DNA from: Planctomycetota bacterium
GTDB lineage: Bacteria; Planctomycetota; Phycisphaerae; Phycisphaerales; SM1A02
Assembly (NCBI GenBank): GCA_017859745.1
Contig: JAFMML010000008.1
Location: 7,027 to 71,026 of the forward strand
Direction: 5' to 3'
DNA: 64,000 nucleotides
The notes under the pieces were generated by a model that saw only the letters and a program-made list of their open reading frames with translations, did no database searches and was not told where the DNA came from. Of this stretch, positions 38,099 through 48,510 are shown piece after piece. The translations under genes were made by a program, and so were the position numbers. Position 1 is the stretch's first letter, and every line of letters begins with the position of its first letter.

Positions 38099-39021
38099 GA
38101 GCGGTCCGGCTCCTTCTGGAGCAGTTCGACCATCTTGAGGCCGATCAGCAGTTCATATGCGGAGATGAAGAGACAGAATCGAAGTCCCGCCAGGCCGTCC
38201 AGCACCCCGAGTCTCAGAACGTACATGAAGAGGAATCGGAAGAGCCAGCGCGCGGGCAATCGTGGGTAGATCCGGTTCTTGAACCAGCGACGGAGGGCCA
38301 GCGGTCCTCCCACCGACGACGCCGCGGCGTCGGAGTCGCCGCGGCGGATCGACACCAGTTCCCGAGCCTCGAGCGTCGAGTAGCGGTTGTGCTTGGCCAT
38401 GTAGGCCTCGAGGCCACGGCGATCGTGGTGCTCGAGGTGGCCCCGCAGGCGTCCGACCGGCCCGTCCACCAGCATGTGCTCGTGGACCTCCCGCTCCTCG
38501 TAGCGGGCGAACCCCCGCCGAAACAGGCGGAGGTTCCACGAGGGGTAGTAGCCGCAATGGCGGATGCGACGGCCCAGGAAGACGAAGTACCGGTTGATCC
38601 AGAACCCGCGCTCGGAGACCTCGTCCACCGGGCGGGCGGCGATGGCCAGCAGCTCCTCGCGCAGATCGGGCTCCACGGACTCGTCGGCGTCGAGGATCAG
38701 GATCCAGTCGGCGGCGAAGTCGATCGTCTCGAGGGCATGGTTCTTCTGTCGGGCGTATCCGAGCCACGACTGGTGGACCACGTTGGCCCCGAAGGACCTC
38801 GCGATCTCGACGGTGCGATCGGTCGATCCGGAATCCACCACGTGCACCCGATCGACCCACGCGGCGACGCTGGCGAGCGAGTGGGGCAGGTTGGCCTCCT
38901 CGTCCCGCACGATCATCAGCACCTCGATGTTCGATCGAGGCGTCGCGGCGGGGCCGTCGGAGAGTGCGGGCGCAGGATCGCTCATCGCCGGGGGCTCTAT
39001 CGACCGAATGCGCGGCCGCAC
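38095..39021 (-). CDS. glycosyltransferase family 2
   Basis: VLMIVRDEEANLPHSL, VVDSGSTDRT and ILDADE (DxD). The alternative start is ATG 38985. Confidence 0.75.
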   Translation of the reverse strand: MRPRIRSIEPPAMSDPAPALSDGPAATPRSNIEVLMIVRDEEANLPHSLASVAAWVDRVHVVDSGSTDRTVEIARSFGANVVHQSWLGYARQKNHALETIDFAADWILILDADESVEPDLREELLAIAARPVDEVSERGFWINRYFVFLGRRIRHCGYYPSWNLRLFRRGFARYEEREVHEHMLVDGPVGRLRGHLEHHDRRGLEAYMAKHNRYSTLEARELVSIRRGDSDAAASSVGGPLALRRWFKNRIYPRLPARWLFRFLFMYVLRLGVLDGLAGLRFCLFISAYELLIGLKMVELLQKEPDRS

Positions 39022-39043
39022 GCGGAAGGAAACGGCCTCGGAC

Positions 39044-39646
39044 TCAATCCTCGTCGCGGAATCGCCGGGTTCCCACGGGCCGCGCCGGACTTCCCGCGAC
39101 CACGGTCCAAGGCGGAACGTCCCGGGTGACCACCGCCGCGGCGCCGGCGACGCCGCCCTCGCCGATCGAGACGCCGGGCATCACCACCGCCCGCACCCCG
39201 ACGAAGGCGTCGGCGCCGATCTCGACCGGCCCGACCAGCAGAGGCAGCGTCCGCAGTCCGAAGTCGTGGGAACCCCCGCAGAGATAGGCCTGCTGGGCGA
39301 CCGTGCACCGCTCGCCGAGGACGCAGCGGTCGAGGTTGTAGACCTCGCTCTCCGGACCAAGACAGCTGCGATGGCGAAGCTCCAGGAGCCACGGCGTGCG
39401 GATGCGGCAGGTGCGGGCGACGTAGGGCCGGCCCTCGATCCGGCATCCGAAGATCCGCAGGACCAGCAGACGCCACGCGTTCAGCGGCCCCGGCGTCCAC
39501 CGACATGCGAGGTTCCACGTCAGTGCGAACAGCGCCATGCCCAGACGCTCGCGCAGCGGCCACGGACTCGTGTAGGCGTCGGCCTGCCGGGGGTCCTTCA
39601 GGCGGAGACGACCGCTGCCGGAAGGCGTCGGTGCGGAGTCGTTCAT
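39044..39646 (-). CDS. WcaF-like hexapeptide-repeat O-acetyltransferase (third copy)
   Basis: LLVLRIFGCRIEGRPYVARTCRIRTPWLLEL...LCGGSHDF...AGSPARP. The ATG overlaps the upstream stop (ATGA). Confidence 0.7.
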   Translation of the reverse strand: MNDSAPTPSGSGRLRLKDPRQADAYTSPWPLRERLGMALFALTWNLACRWTPGPLNAWRLLVLRIFGCRIEGRPYVARTCRIRTPWLLELRHRSCLGPESEVYNLDRCVLGERCTVAQQAYLCGGSHDFGLRTLPLLVGPVEIGADAFVGVRAVVMPGVSIGEGGVAGAAAVVTRDVPPWTVVAGSPARPVGTRRFRDED

Positions 39647-40815
39647 GGCACGGGCTCGAGACGGTGGATCGCGACGCCGCGATCCGAGGAACTTCCAGAC
39701 CACGCCGCAAGATGCTGCGCCGCGATCGACGCGACACCAAGTCGATCGGCATCGGCCGCGGCGCCGCGATCGAGATCGATGCGTCGCTCACGATCCTCGA
39801 GCAGGCCCCGCAGGGTCGACGTCAGGCCCTCGAGTTCGCCGTCGAAGACGCTCGCGTTGCGTCCGTGCTCGAGCACCCCGCGGTACTGCGGCAGGTCCGC
39901 GACGATCGGCGCGAGTCCGCATGCCATCGCCTCCAGCGGAGCGATCGGCAGCGCTTCGCCCTTCGCGGCGGTCGAGGGATAGCAGTAGAGGTCGGCGTCG
40001 CGAAGTTCCGCGGCCAGCCGAGCCGGATCGGCGACGGGGCCGGGCAGTTCGAACGCGTGTTCGCCCGCCAGACGTCGCAACACCTCGACGTGTCGCCGTC
40101 CGCCGCCGCCCGCGGCGGTCTCCCACGGACCGACGATCCGAAGCCGCAGGGGAGTTCCGGATTCGACCACCCGACGCCACGCGGACACGAGGAGATCCAG
40201 GCGCTTCTCGGGGTGGACCCTTCCGGTGTAGGTCAGGAGCGCCGGCGGCGAGGACTCGCGACGTCGCAGGCAGGTCTCGTCCGCGCGAAACACCTCGAGA
40301 TCGACGGGGTTGGGCACCACACGGATGCGATCGGCAAGACGGGGCCGTTCGCTCGCGATCGCCTCGGCGATCGCCGCCGAGACCGTCGAGATCGAGTCCG
40401 CCCCCGAATGGAGGAACATCTGTCCCTTCGGAAACCGCTGCACATGGACCTCGAGGCGCCCCAGTTCGCGACGGGTTCGCGATCCCGGACCGCCGAGCAG
40501 TCTCGGCAGCCAGAAGGTGTTGGTCACGGTCACGTCCGCCGGCGGGAGCAGCGACTTCGCCCTGCGGGACCATCCGAAGTCCCGCAGCACGTCGATCCAG
40601 GTTCGCCCCGAACGATCGATGAGCGGAAGGCGCCGGTAGGCGATGCCGTCCCATCCCTCCCCTCGCGGCAGATCGACGTGATCGGGACCGACCACGGTCA
40701 CCGCATGGCCCGCCGCCGCGAACGCCTGCGCGAGCGACCACCACGCCTTCTCGACGGCTCCGCTCGGAGCTGGCGGCGGCGGCTTGAATGGACCGAGAAC
40801 GATGGTGATCCGCAT
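39643..40815 (-). CDS. glycosyltransferase family 4
   Basis: MRITIVLGPFKPPPP...AAAGHAVTVVGP and C-terminal CYPSTAAKGEALPIAPLEAMACGLAPIV. Confidence 0.75.
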   Translation of the reverse strand: MRITIVLGPFKPPPPAPSGAVEKAWWSLAQAFAAAGHAVTVVGPDHVDLPRGEGWDGIAYRRLPLIDRSGRTWIDVLRDFGWSRRAKSLLPPADVTVTNTFWLPRLLGGPGSRTRRELGRLEVHVQRFPKGQMFLHSGADSISTVSAAIAEAIASERPRLADRIRVVPNPVDLEVFRADETCLRRRESSPPALLTYTGRVHPEKRLDLLVSAWRRVVESGTPLRLRIVGPWETAAGGGGRRHVEVLRRLAGEHAFELPGPVADPARLAAELRDADLYCYPSTAAKGEALPIAPLEAMACGLAPIVADLPQYRGVLEHGRNASVFDGELEGLTSTLRGLLEDRERRIDLDRGAAADADRLGVASIAAQHLAAWSGSSSDRGVAIHRLEPVP

Positions 40816-40903
40816 GGCTTCCAGAGTTCATCGGACACGCGACGCCTCGGATCGAAACCCGAGCCGGTCTTACGATACGAACGGCCCCAGGCCCCAGACA
40901 CCC

Positions 40904-42451
40904 ATGACGCCGGTTCTCCGCCTCCACAACTCCCTGACCCGCTCGACCGAGCCGTTCGAGCCGATCGCCGGTCCCGGCGGGGACGTGACCTTCTACACCT
41001 GCGGGCCGACGGTCTACGACGACGCCCACATCGGCAACTTCCGCGCCTTCCTCGCGGCGGACCTGCTCCGTCGCACCCTCGAACTGCTCGGTCATCGCAC
41101 CACCCATGTGATGAACATCACCGACGTGGGCCACATGACCGAGGACGACCGCGCCGATGGGGGAGGCGAGGACAAGATGGCCCTCGCAGGTCGTCGCCTG
41201 CTCGAGGCCAAGAAGTCAGGCGCCCTTCCCGAGGGCGTCGAGGTCGATCCGGGCGACCCCTACGCGATCGCGGACTTCTACGCGGGCCGCTTCCTCGAGG
41301 ACGCCCGCCATCTGGGACTGCGAGTCGCGGAGGAGGTCCTCGACGATCCCACGTTGATGCCCCGGCCCACCGGCTTCGTGCCGCAGATGATCGAACTGGT
41401 CGAGCGCCTGATCGCCGCCGACTGCGCCTACGTCGCCGACGACGGCGCCGTCTACTTCGACGTGCGATCCTTCCCGGCATACGGACGGCTGTCCGGCAAC
41501 ACCCTCGATGCCCTCCGCTCGGGCGAGGGGGGGCGGGTGAACGAGACCAACCAGTCCGTGAAGCGCCATCCGGCGGACTTCCTTCTATGGAAGCCCGACC
41601 CGAACCATCTCATGCGCTGGCCAAGCCCGTGGGGCGAGGGCTATCCCGGATGGCATCTCGAGTGCTCGGCGATGGCGGCGGCGCGGCTCGGACCGGAGAT
41701 CGACCTGCACTCCGGCGGCGAGGACAACGTCTTCCCGCACCACGAGTGCGAGATCGCCCAGAGCTGTTGTGGATACGGGGTCGAACGTCTCGCTCGGCAC
41801 TGGTTCCACGTGCGGCACCTCTTCGTCGAAGGCGCGAAGATGAGCAAGAGCCGGGGAAACTTCTTCACCGCGCGGGATCTCTTCGCCAAGGGCGCCACGC
41901 CGGCGGCGCTGCGCCTGGAACTCCTTCGGACGCACTACCGAACCAACGCGAACTTCACTCTTCAGGGGCTCGAGGACTGCCGCCGGCAGGTCGACCGATG
42001 GTGCCGCCTCGCCGCGCGACTCGACGCCGAGTCCGGGGATGGCGGGCCCGACGACGCGGCGGCGCCGGGCCCGCTCGAACGGGCCCTCGAGACCTTCACG
42101 GCGAGTCTCTGCGACGACCTGAACGTCGCCGGCGCCGTCGCTGCGCTCAACACCGCCGTCTCGGAGTCCCGGGCCGGGGCCGCCTGCCCGGTGCGCGAAC
42201 GACGCGCGCTGGAACGCATGGACTCGGTGCTGGGGGTGCTCGATCGCAACGAGGCGATCGCCGAGGGCGACGAGGCCGCGGCGCTCGAGTCGAAGGTGAC
42301 GCCGCTCCTCGAGGCCCGCGCCGAGGCGCGACGCCGCAAGGACTTCGCCGAGAGCGACCGCATCCGCGACGAACTGCTGGCGATGGGCGTCGAGATCAAG
42401 GACGGGCCGGAAGGCACCACCTGGACCCGCCGCGTGAACGCCGATGCCTGA
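40904..42451 (+). CDS. cysS: cysteine--tRNA ligase
   Basis: YTCGPTVYDDAHIGNFR (HIGH-type), WHLECSAM and KMSKSRGN. Confidence 0.92.
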   Translation: MTPVLRLHNSLTRSTEPFEPIAGPGGDVTFYTCGPTVYDDAHIGNFRAFLAADLLRRTLELLGHRTTHVMNITDVGHMTEDDRADGGGEDKMALAGRRLLEAKKSGALPEGVEVDPGDPYAIADFYAGRFLEDARHLGLRVAEEVLDDPTLMPRPTGFVPQMIELVERLIAADCAYVADDGAVYFDVRSFPAYGRLSGNTLDALRSGEGGRVNETNQSVKRHPADFLLWKPDPNHLMRWPSPWGEGYPGWHLECSAMAAARLGPEIDLHSGGEDNVFPHHECEIAQSCCGYGVERLARHWFHVRHLFVEGAKMSKSRGNFFTARDLFAKGATPAALRLELLRTHYRTNANFTLQGLEDCRRQVDRWCRLAARLDAESGDGGPDDAAAPGPLERALETFTASLCDDLNVAGAVAALNTAVSESRAGAACPVRERRALERMDSVLGVLDRNEAIAEGDEAAALESKVTPLLEARAEARRRKDFAESDRIRDELLAMGVEIKDGPEGTTWTRRVNADA

Positions 42452-43091
42452 ACCCGCCGCGACGCCGCAACGCCGCCCGCCCGTCATCGGCCTTGCGGGC
42501 GCGATCGGCGCGGGGAAGAGCACCGTCGCGAGCATCCTCGCGGCCGCGGGCTGTCTGGTGAGCGACGCCGATCGCCTCGCCCGCGACATCCTCGCGGACC
42601 CGGCGGTCGTCGCCGAACTGGTCTCCTGGTGGGGGAAGGGAGTGACCGACGCCGAGGGTCGCCCCGACCGAAAGGCGATCGCGGAGATCGTCTTCGCCGA
42701 TCCGGAGGCTCGACGTCGTCTCGAGGCATTGATCCATCCAAGGGTGCATCGGGCGCGAGAGGCGGCGTTCGACGCCGCGCCGCCGGGGACGCCGGCACTC
42801 GTCGTCGACGCCCCTCTGCTCTTCGAGGCCGGCCTCGCGCAGGAGTGCGACGCCGTCATCTTCGTGGATGCGGACCGGGCGACGAGGGTCGAGCGGGTCG
42901 CCAACCGCGGGTGGGCCGCGGATGAACTCGACCGGCGCGAGGCGGCCCAGTGGCCCCTTGACCGGAAGCGGGCCTCGGCGGATCATGTCGTCCGCAACGA
43001 CGCGGATCTCGCGTCGCTCCGAACTCAGGTGCTCGAACGACTGGGGAGGATCGTGTCGGATCGCGACGAGCGCCCGAACGACTCGGCCTGA
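42444..43091 (+). CDS. coaE: dephospho-CoA kinase
   Basis: P-loop VIGLAGAIGAGKST and a CoaE-type lid region. It overlaps the cysS end by 8 nt. Confidence 0.8.
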   Translation: MPEPAATPQRRPPVIGLAGAIGAGKSTVASILAAAGCLVSDADRLARDILADPAVVAELVSWWGKGVTDAEGRPDRKAIAEIVFADPEARRRLEALIHPRVHRAREAAFDAAPPGTPALVVDAPLLFEAGLAQECDAVIFVDADRATRVERVANRGWAADELDRREAAQWPLDRKRASADHVVRNDADLASLRTQVLERLGRIVSDRDERPNDSA

Positions 43092-43368
43092 ACCTCGCCC
43101 GGCACCGACTTCCCGCCGATTTCCCGCCGATCCGATTCGGACTCGCACACCGGCCGCCCGGCCGCTCCGAGGACGCCCGTTGGAGAGGTGTTCAGAGGAA
43201 AGTCGCCCGTCGGTCCGTCTTCAACCGGTTCCGGCGAGAACCTCCGACCCACGCTTCGATCACAGGTTCATCACCCCGGCTTGAGCCGGACCTCCCCACA
43301 TGGGGTTCCCCACCGGGACCCCACGCCGCCGGTGAACGCCGGTCGCATCGAGTCGAGACTTCGATCCC

Positions 43369-44811
43369 ATGAGCAGCAAGAGCAGTCGACGCAGGCGCCG
43401 CAAGAGCGGTGGTTCCGGACCCGTGGTGCCCAGCGCCGCCACCATGACCCTCGCCCCCGGTTCGGTGCCGAGCGACGAGCAGCTCGAGGCCGAAGCCAAG
43501 GCCCTCGAGGAGTCGGGCAAGAAGTACGACGTCGCCAAGAAGGACGCGCTCGACCTGGCCAGTCTCCAGCGGATGAGCAACGACGAGCTGGCGAAGATCG
43601 CCCGCAAGGAGAAGCTCGAGGACGCGGCGTCGCTTCCGAGGCAGCAACTGGTCTTCGAGATCCTGAAGGCCCGCGCCCAGAAGCAGGGCCTGATGATGGC
43701 CGAAGGCACGCTCGAGCTGATGCCCGACGGGTTCGGCTTCCTCCGAAGCCCCGAGTACAGCTACGTCGCCTCGGCCGACGACGTCTACGTCAGCCCGTCG
43801 CAGGTGCGTCGCTTCGGACTGCGGCGAGGGCAGGTCGTCAAGGGCCTCATCCGCCCGCCGCAGGAGGCCGAGACCTACTTCGCGATGCTGCGGGTCGAGG
43901 AGGTCAATGGACGCGACCCGAAGATCCTCCACAACCTTCCGACCTTCGAGAACCTCACGCCCCTGCACCCCAACCGTCGCATCCAGCTCGAGATGCTCGG
44001 TCAGCCCGAGAAGCTCGAGACCCGCGTGATCGACATGGTCACGCCGCTGGGATTCGGACAGCGGGCCCTCATCGTCGCGCCCCCGCGCACCGGCAAGACC
44101 GTGATCCTCCAGCAGATCACCAACGCCATCGCGAAGAACCACGACGACGTCCACGTCATCGTGCTGCTGATCGACGAGCGTCCCGAAGAGGTCACCGACT
44201 TCCGCCGCAACACCCCCGATCACGTCGAGGTGGTGGCGAGCACCTTCGACGAGGAGGCCATCCGCCACATCCAGGTGGCGGAGATGGTCATGGAGAAGGC
44301 CCGCCGCATGGTGGAGTTCGGCGAGCACGTGGTCATCCTGCTCGACTCCATCACCCGCCTCGCCCGCGGCTACAACAACGCCCTGCCCAACTCCGGCAAG
44401 ATCGGCTCCGGCGGCGTCGACAACGCGGCGCTCATCAAGCCGAAGAAGTTCTTCGGATCGGCCCGGAACATCGAGGACGGCGGTTCGCTGACGATCCTCG
44501 GCACGGCGCTCGTCGACACGGGAAGCCGCGCCGACGAGGTGATCTTCGAGGAGTTCAAGGGCACCGGCAACGCCGAACTGCATCTCGACCGCAAGCTGGT
44601 CGAGAAGCGGATCTGGCCCGCGATCGACATCGCCGCGAGCGGCACCCGCCGCGAGGAGCTGCTGCTCGATCCGAAGGAGCACGACCTCATCACCCGCCTC
44701 CGCAAGGTGGTCTCGGACATGAACGTGGTCGAGGCGATGGAGCTGCTGCGAAGCCGTCTCTCGAAGACCAAGAGCAACGCCGAGTTCCTCATGACCATGA
44801 GCATGTCCTGA
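43369..44811 (+). CDS. rho: transcription termination factor Rho (with a basic N-terminal extension)
   Basis: [24 protein letters not shown], Walker [30 protein letters not shown] and [18 protein letters not shown]. Confidence 0.95.
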   Translation: MSSKSSRRRRRKSGGSGPVVPSAATMTLAPGSVPSDEQLEAEAKALEESGKKYDVAKKDALDLASLQRMSNDELAKIARKEKLEDAASLPRQQLVFEILKARAQKQGLMMAEGTLELMPDGFGFLRSPEYSYVASADDVYVSPSQVRRFGLRRGQVVKGLIRPPQEAETYFAMLRVEEVNGRDPKILHNLPTFENLTPLHPNRRIQLEMLGQPEKLETRVIDMVTPLGFGQRALIVAPPRTGKTVILQQITNAIAKNHDDVHVIVLLIDERPEEVTDFRRNTPDHVEVVASTFDEEAIRHIQVAEMVMEKARRMVEFGEHVVILLDSITRLARGYNNALPNSGKIGSGGVDNAALIKPKKFFGSARNIEDGGSLTILGTALVDTGSRADEVIFEEFKGTGNAELHLDRKLVEKRIWPAIDIAASGTRREELLLDPKEHDLITRLRKVVSDMNVVEAMELLRSRLSKTKSNAEFLMTMSMS

Positions 44812-44906
44812 ACCGGCCCGGAACCGGTTCCGCCGCCGAGGGGTACTCTCCACAGGCGGAACCGCCGCCATGCCCCCGGAAGCCATGCCCCCGGAAGCCC
44901 CGCCCC

Positions 44907-45779
44907 ATGCCGACCCGAACGACCGACCTGCCGGACCGCCGCCGCGGCATCACCATCGTCGAGATCATGACGGTGATCGGGATCATCATCCTGCTGCTCG
45001 CGATCCTGCTGCCGTCGCTCGGGGTGCTGCGAGGCAACGCGGTGTTTGCGCGGAGCCAGGGCAACCTCCGGCAGATCGCCACGTGGCTCAAGGCCTACTC
45101 GACCGAAAATCGCGAGTTCATCGTGCCGGCCGCGTTCGACTATCGGAACGCGTCCTCTCCCGGAAAGGTCCGGACGATCTCCCCGCCCGGCGCGACCATG
45201 CCGATCGAACCGGCGAGCTACGGATCCTGGTCGGACATCGTCTGGACCGACGCGGGTCTCGGCCCGGTCGTCGTGGGGCCCGAACTCGGCGGCTACGACT
45301 ACCGCTTCGACTCGCCGGACTTCGACTTCTTCAACGCCCAGCCCGAATACCAGACGCCGATCCGGTCGGACGCGGAGAACACCCGGAGCATGAACGGCGA
45401 CAACGCCTTCCCGTTCGGAACCGGATCCCGCGACGTCGAACAGGGGCAGTACGGGTTCTTCGCCGCCAACGGCTTCTTCGACGCGCGGCCGGAGAACAAC
45501 GGCCGCTGGTTCACCACCGCGCAGATCAAGCGACCCTTCCAGTCCCTGTACCTGGTGGACTCCTACGCGGGCGAGGTGATCGCGCCGGAGTGCGAACCGT
45601 TCGGCTGCACCGAGAACGACGACGCCTCCGACGCGGCCATGCAGGTGGACTTCCGATACGTCGGCGAGTTCGCCCTGATCCTCACCCTCGACGGAGCGGT
45701 CAAGGGCGAGGCCCGGTGGGAGACCCTCGACGAGCTCGAAGGGGACCGCGGAATCCGGGTCCGCAATCTCGACTTCTGA
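44907..45779 (+). CDS. prepilin-type N-terminal cleavage/methylation-domain protein (pseudopilin-like)
   Basis: [27 protein letters not shown] matches the class III signal plus hydrophobic helix. The rest is unassigned. This architecture is common in Planctomycetota. Confidence 0.7.
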   Translation: MPTRTTDLPDRRRGITIVEIMTVIGIIILLLAILLPSLGVLRGNAVFARSQGNLRQIATWLKAYSTENREFIVPAAFDYRNASSPGKVRTISPPGATMPIEPASYGSWSDIVWTDAGLGPVVVGPELGGYDYRFDSPDFDFFNAQPEYQTPIRSDAENTRSMNGDNAFPFGTGSRDVEQGQYGFFAANGFFDARPENNGRWFTTAQIKRPFQSLYLVDSYAGEVIAPECEPFGCTENDDASDAAMQVDFRYVGEFALILTLDGAVKGEARWETLDELEGDRGIRVRNLDF

Positions 45780-46056
45780 TCCCCCGACTTCCCCGCGGGG
45801 ATCGCCGCCGAGCCGGACCGACCCGGGCCGGAGGCGGAACGGACGCGGAACGGACGCGGAACGACTTCGCCGGGCCAGATGCTGTCTGCGGGGTCCCGAA
45901 GGGGGCCAACGGCCCGGACCGGCAGCTCACCGCCCCGTCGGGTCGGAGGGGCGGGGACCCCGACCGCGACCCGGCGGGTCGACGCCAAGACGGGATTCGC
46001 AAGAACTCCTCGTGCTGCCTCTTGCCCGGGGAATCCTGCTCGCTACACTTCGCGGA

Positions 46057-46081
46057 CCGTCCCGACCCCGGGGCGGTTTTT
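46057..46081 (+). terminator. putative intrinsic terminator with no annotated gene upstream
   Basis: CCGTCCC-GACCCC-GGGGCGG, a 7-bp stem including one G-U, followed directly by TTTTT. It lies 278 nt after the pilin-like stop and 115 nt before tRNA-Thr. Confidence 0.45.
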
Positions 46082-46195
46082 CATCGGTCCCGGTTCGTCC
46101 GGTGCCGATCTCGCAGCAGGCCGACGGCTGCCGCGAGGCGAGGAGTCCGTCGGCGACACCCGGTCGGCGAAGCCGTTCGGGTCGGAATCGGTCCT

Positions 46196-46267
46196 GCCAC
46201 CGTAGCTCAGTGGTAGAGCACACCCTTGGTAAGGGTGAGGTCGTGGGTTCAAGTCCCATCGGTGGCT
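46196..46267 (+). tRNA. tRNA-Thr (anticodon GGT)
   Basis: Folded by hand: acceptor GCCACCG/CGGTGGC, D stem GCTC/GAGC, anticodon stem CACCC/GGGTG with loop TTGGTAA, and T arm GTGGG-TTCAAGT-CCCAT. Confidence 0.9.
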
Positions 46268-46423
46268 CTCGTCGGACCGAGCGTTCGGTCCGTCGCCTCG
46301 GGTCCTCCCGGGCAACGTGAACGTCGGTTCCCGCGACGGTGCGGGTACCGCGGAATTCGAGGTCACGCCCATCGGAGCGGCGAACCGCCTCCAGTCGGGC
46401 CCTTCTTTCGGAGAACCGTCGTC

Positions 46424-47632
<1,209 letters not shown>

Positions 47633-47717
47633 TCCGCGGGGTCGCGCAAGGCGGCCCCGATCGCTCTCGTCGATCCTGAACCGTCCGGCATCGCCGGGCC
47701 ATCTGGAGTGCTTAGAC

Positions 47718-47897
47718 ATGGCCAAGAGGGCCCAGGACCGCGAATTCGTCTGGCTGCAGTGCAGCGAATCCGGCGACCTCAACTACCGCACCAACGTGCG
47801 GGTCAAGGGAGGCATGCCGGAGCGGGTGAAGGAGGGCTTCATGAAGTACAGCCCCCGTCTCCGCAAGCACACCCTGCACAAGGTCAAGCGCAAGTGA
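47718..47897 (+). CDS. rpmG: 50S ribosomal protein L33
   Basis: 59 aa: MAKRAQDREFVWLQCSESGDLNYRTNVRVKG...KYSPRLRKHTLHKVKRK. A GGAG lies upstream. The position between tuf and tRNA-Trp/secE is conserved. Confidence 0.9.
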   Translation: MAKRAQDREFVWLQCSESGDLNYRTNVRVKGGMPERVKEGFMKYSPRLRKHTLHKVKRK

Positions 47898-47940
47898 ACG
47901 GACGCCGGAGTCGTCGCCCGACGGCTCCGGCGTTCTCCAT

Positions 47941-48013
<73 letters not shown>

Positions 48014-48086
48014 CTCGGCGTCGACCGTCGACGGAACAGTCCGTCGCGAACGGCGACGTCCCGTACCCCATCACGGAGGCCGTTTC

Positions 48087-48500
48087 ATGGCCGTGACGAT
48101 CTACAAGCGAGGGCAGGGCTACACCACCCGGGTCATGACGGCGATCTTCGTCGGACTCGTCGTGCTGCTCGGCGCGTACTGGATGTGGGAGGAGTTCGCC
48201 GGAGCCACGTGGTTCGACCTGCCGTCGATCTACATCTCCGCAGGCGTCGCCACGCTGTTCGCGGCGGTCGCGGCGGGCCTCTCCTACTGGCTGATCGCGG
48301 TCAAGCACCGCACCGTCGACTTTCTCATCGCCACGGACTCGGAGATGAAGAAGGTCAACTGGTCCACCCGGCGCGAGGTGATCGGCTCGACCACCGTCGT
48401 GATCGGGCTGTCGTTGATCGTGGCGCTCTACTGCTTCGGCTTCGACCGGGTGTTCTTCCTGATCTTCGCGTGGCTGGGCGTGCTCGAGACCGGAGCCTGA
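48087..48500 (+). CDS. secE: preprotein translocase subunit SecE
   Basis: 137 aa with three TM segments. Conserved SecE C-terminus KKVNWSTRREVIGSTTVVIGLSLIVALY. ACGGAGG lies 7 nt upstream. The position before nusG is conserved. Confidence 0.8.
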   Translation: MAVTIYKRGQGYTTRVMTAIFVGLVVLLGAYWMWEEFAGATWFDLPSIYISAGVATLFAAVAAGLSYWLIAVKHRTVDFLIATDSEMKKVNWSTRREVIGSTTVVIGLSLIVALYCFGFDRVFFLIFAWLGVLETGA

Positions 48501-48510
48501 TCCGTCCGCC

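Noticed and set aside
45880-45960. SRP (4.5S) RNA-like element (GGTCCCGAAGGGGGCC versus the GGUCCGGAAGGAAGCAGCC domain IV)
   Set aside because: Only a partial match to the tetraloop region. The conserved AGCA asymmetric-loop sequence and the complementary 5'/3' arms are missing.
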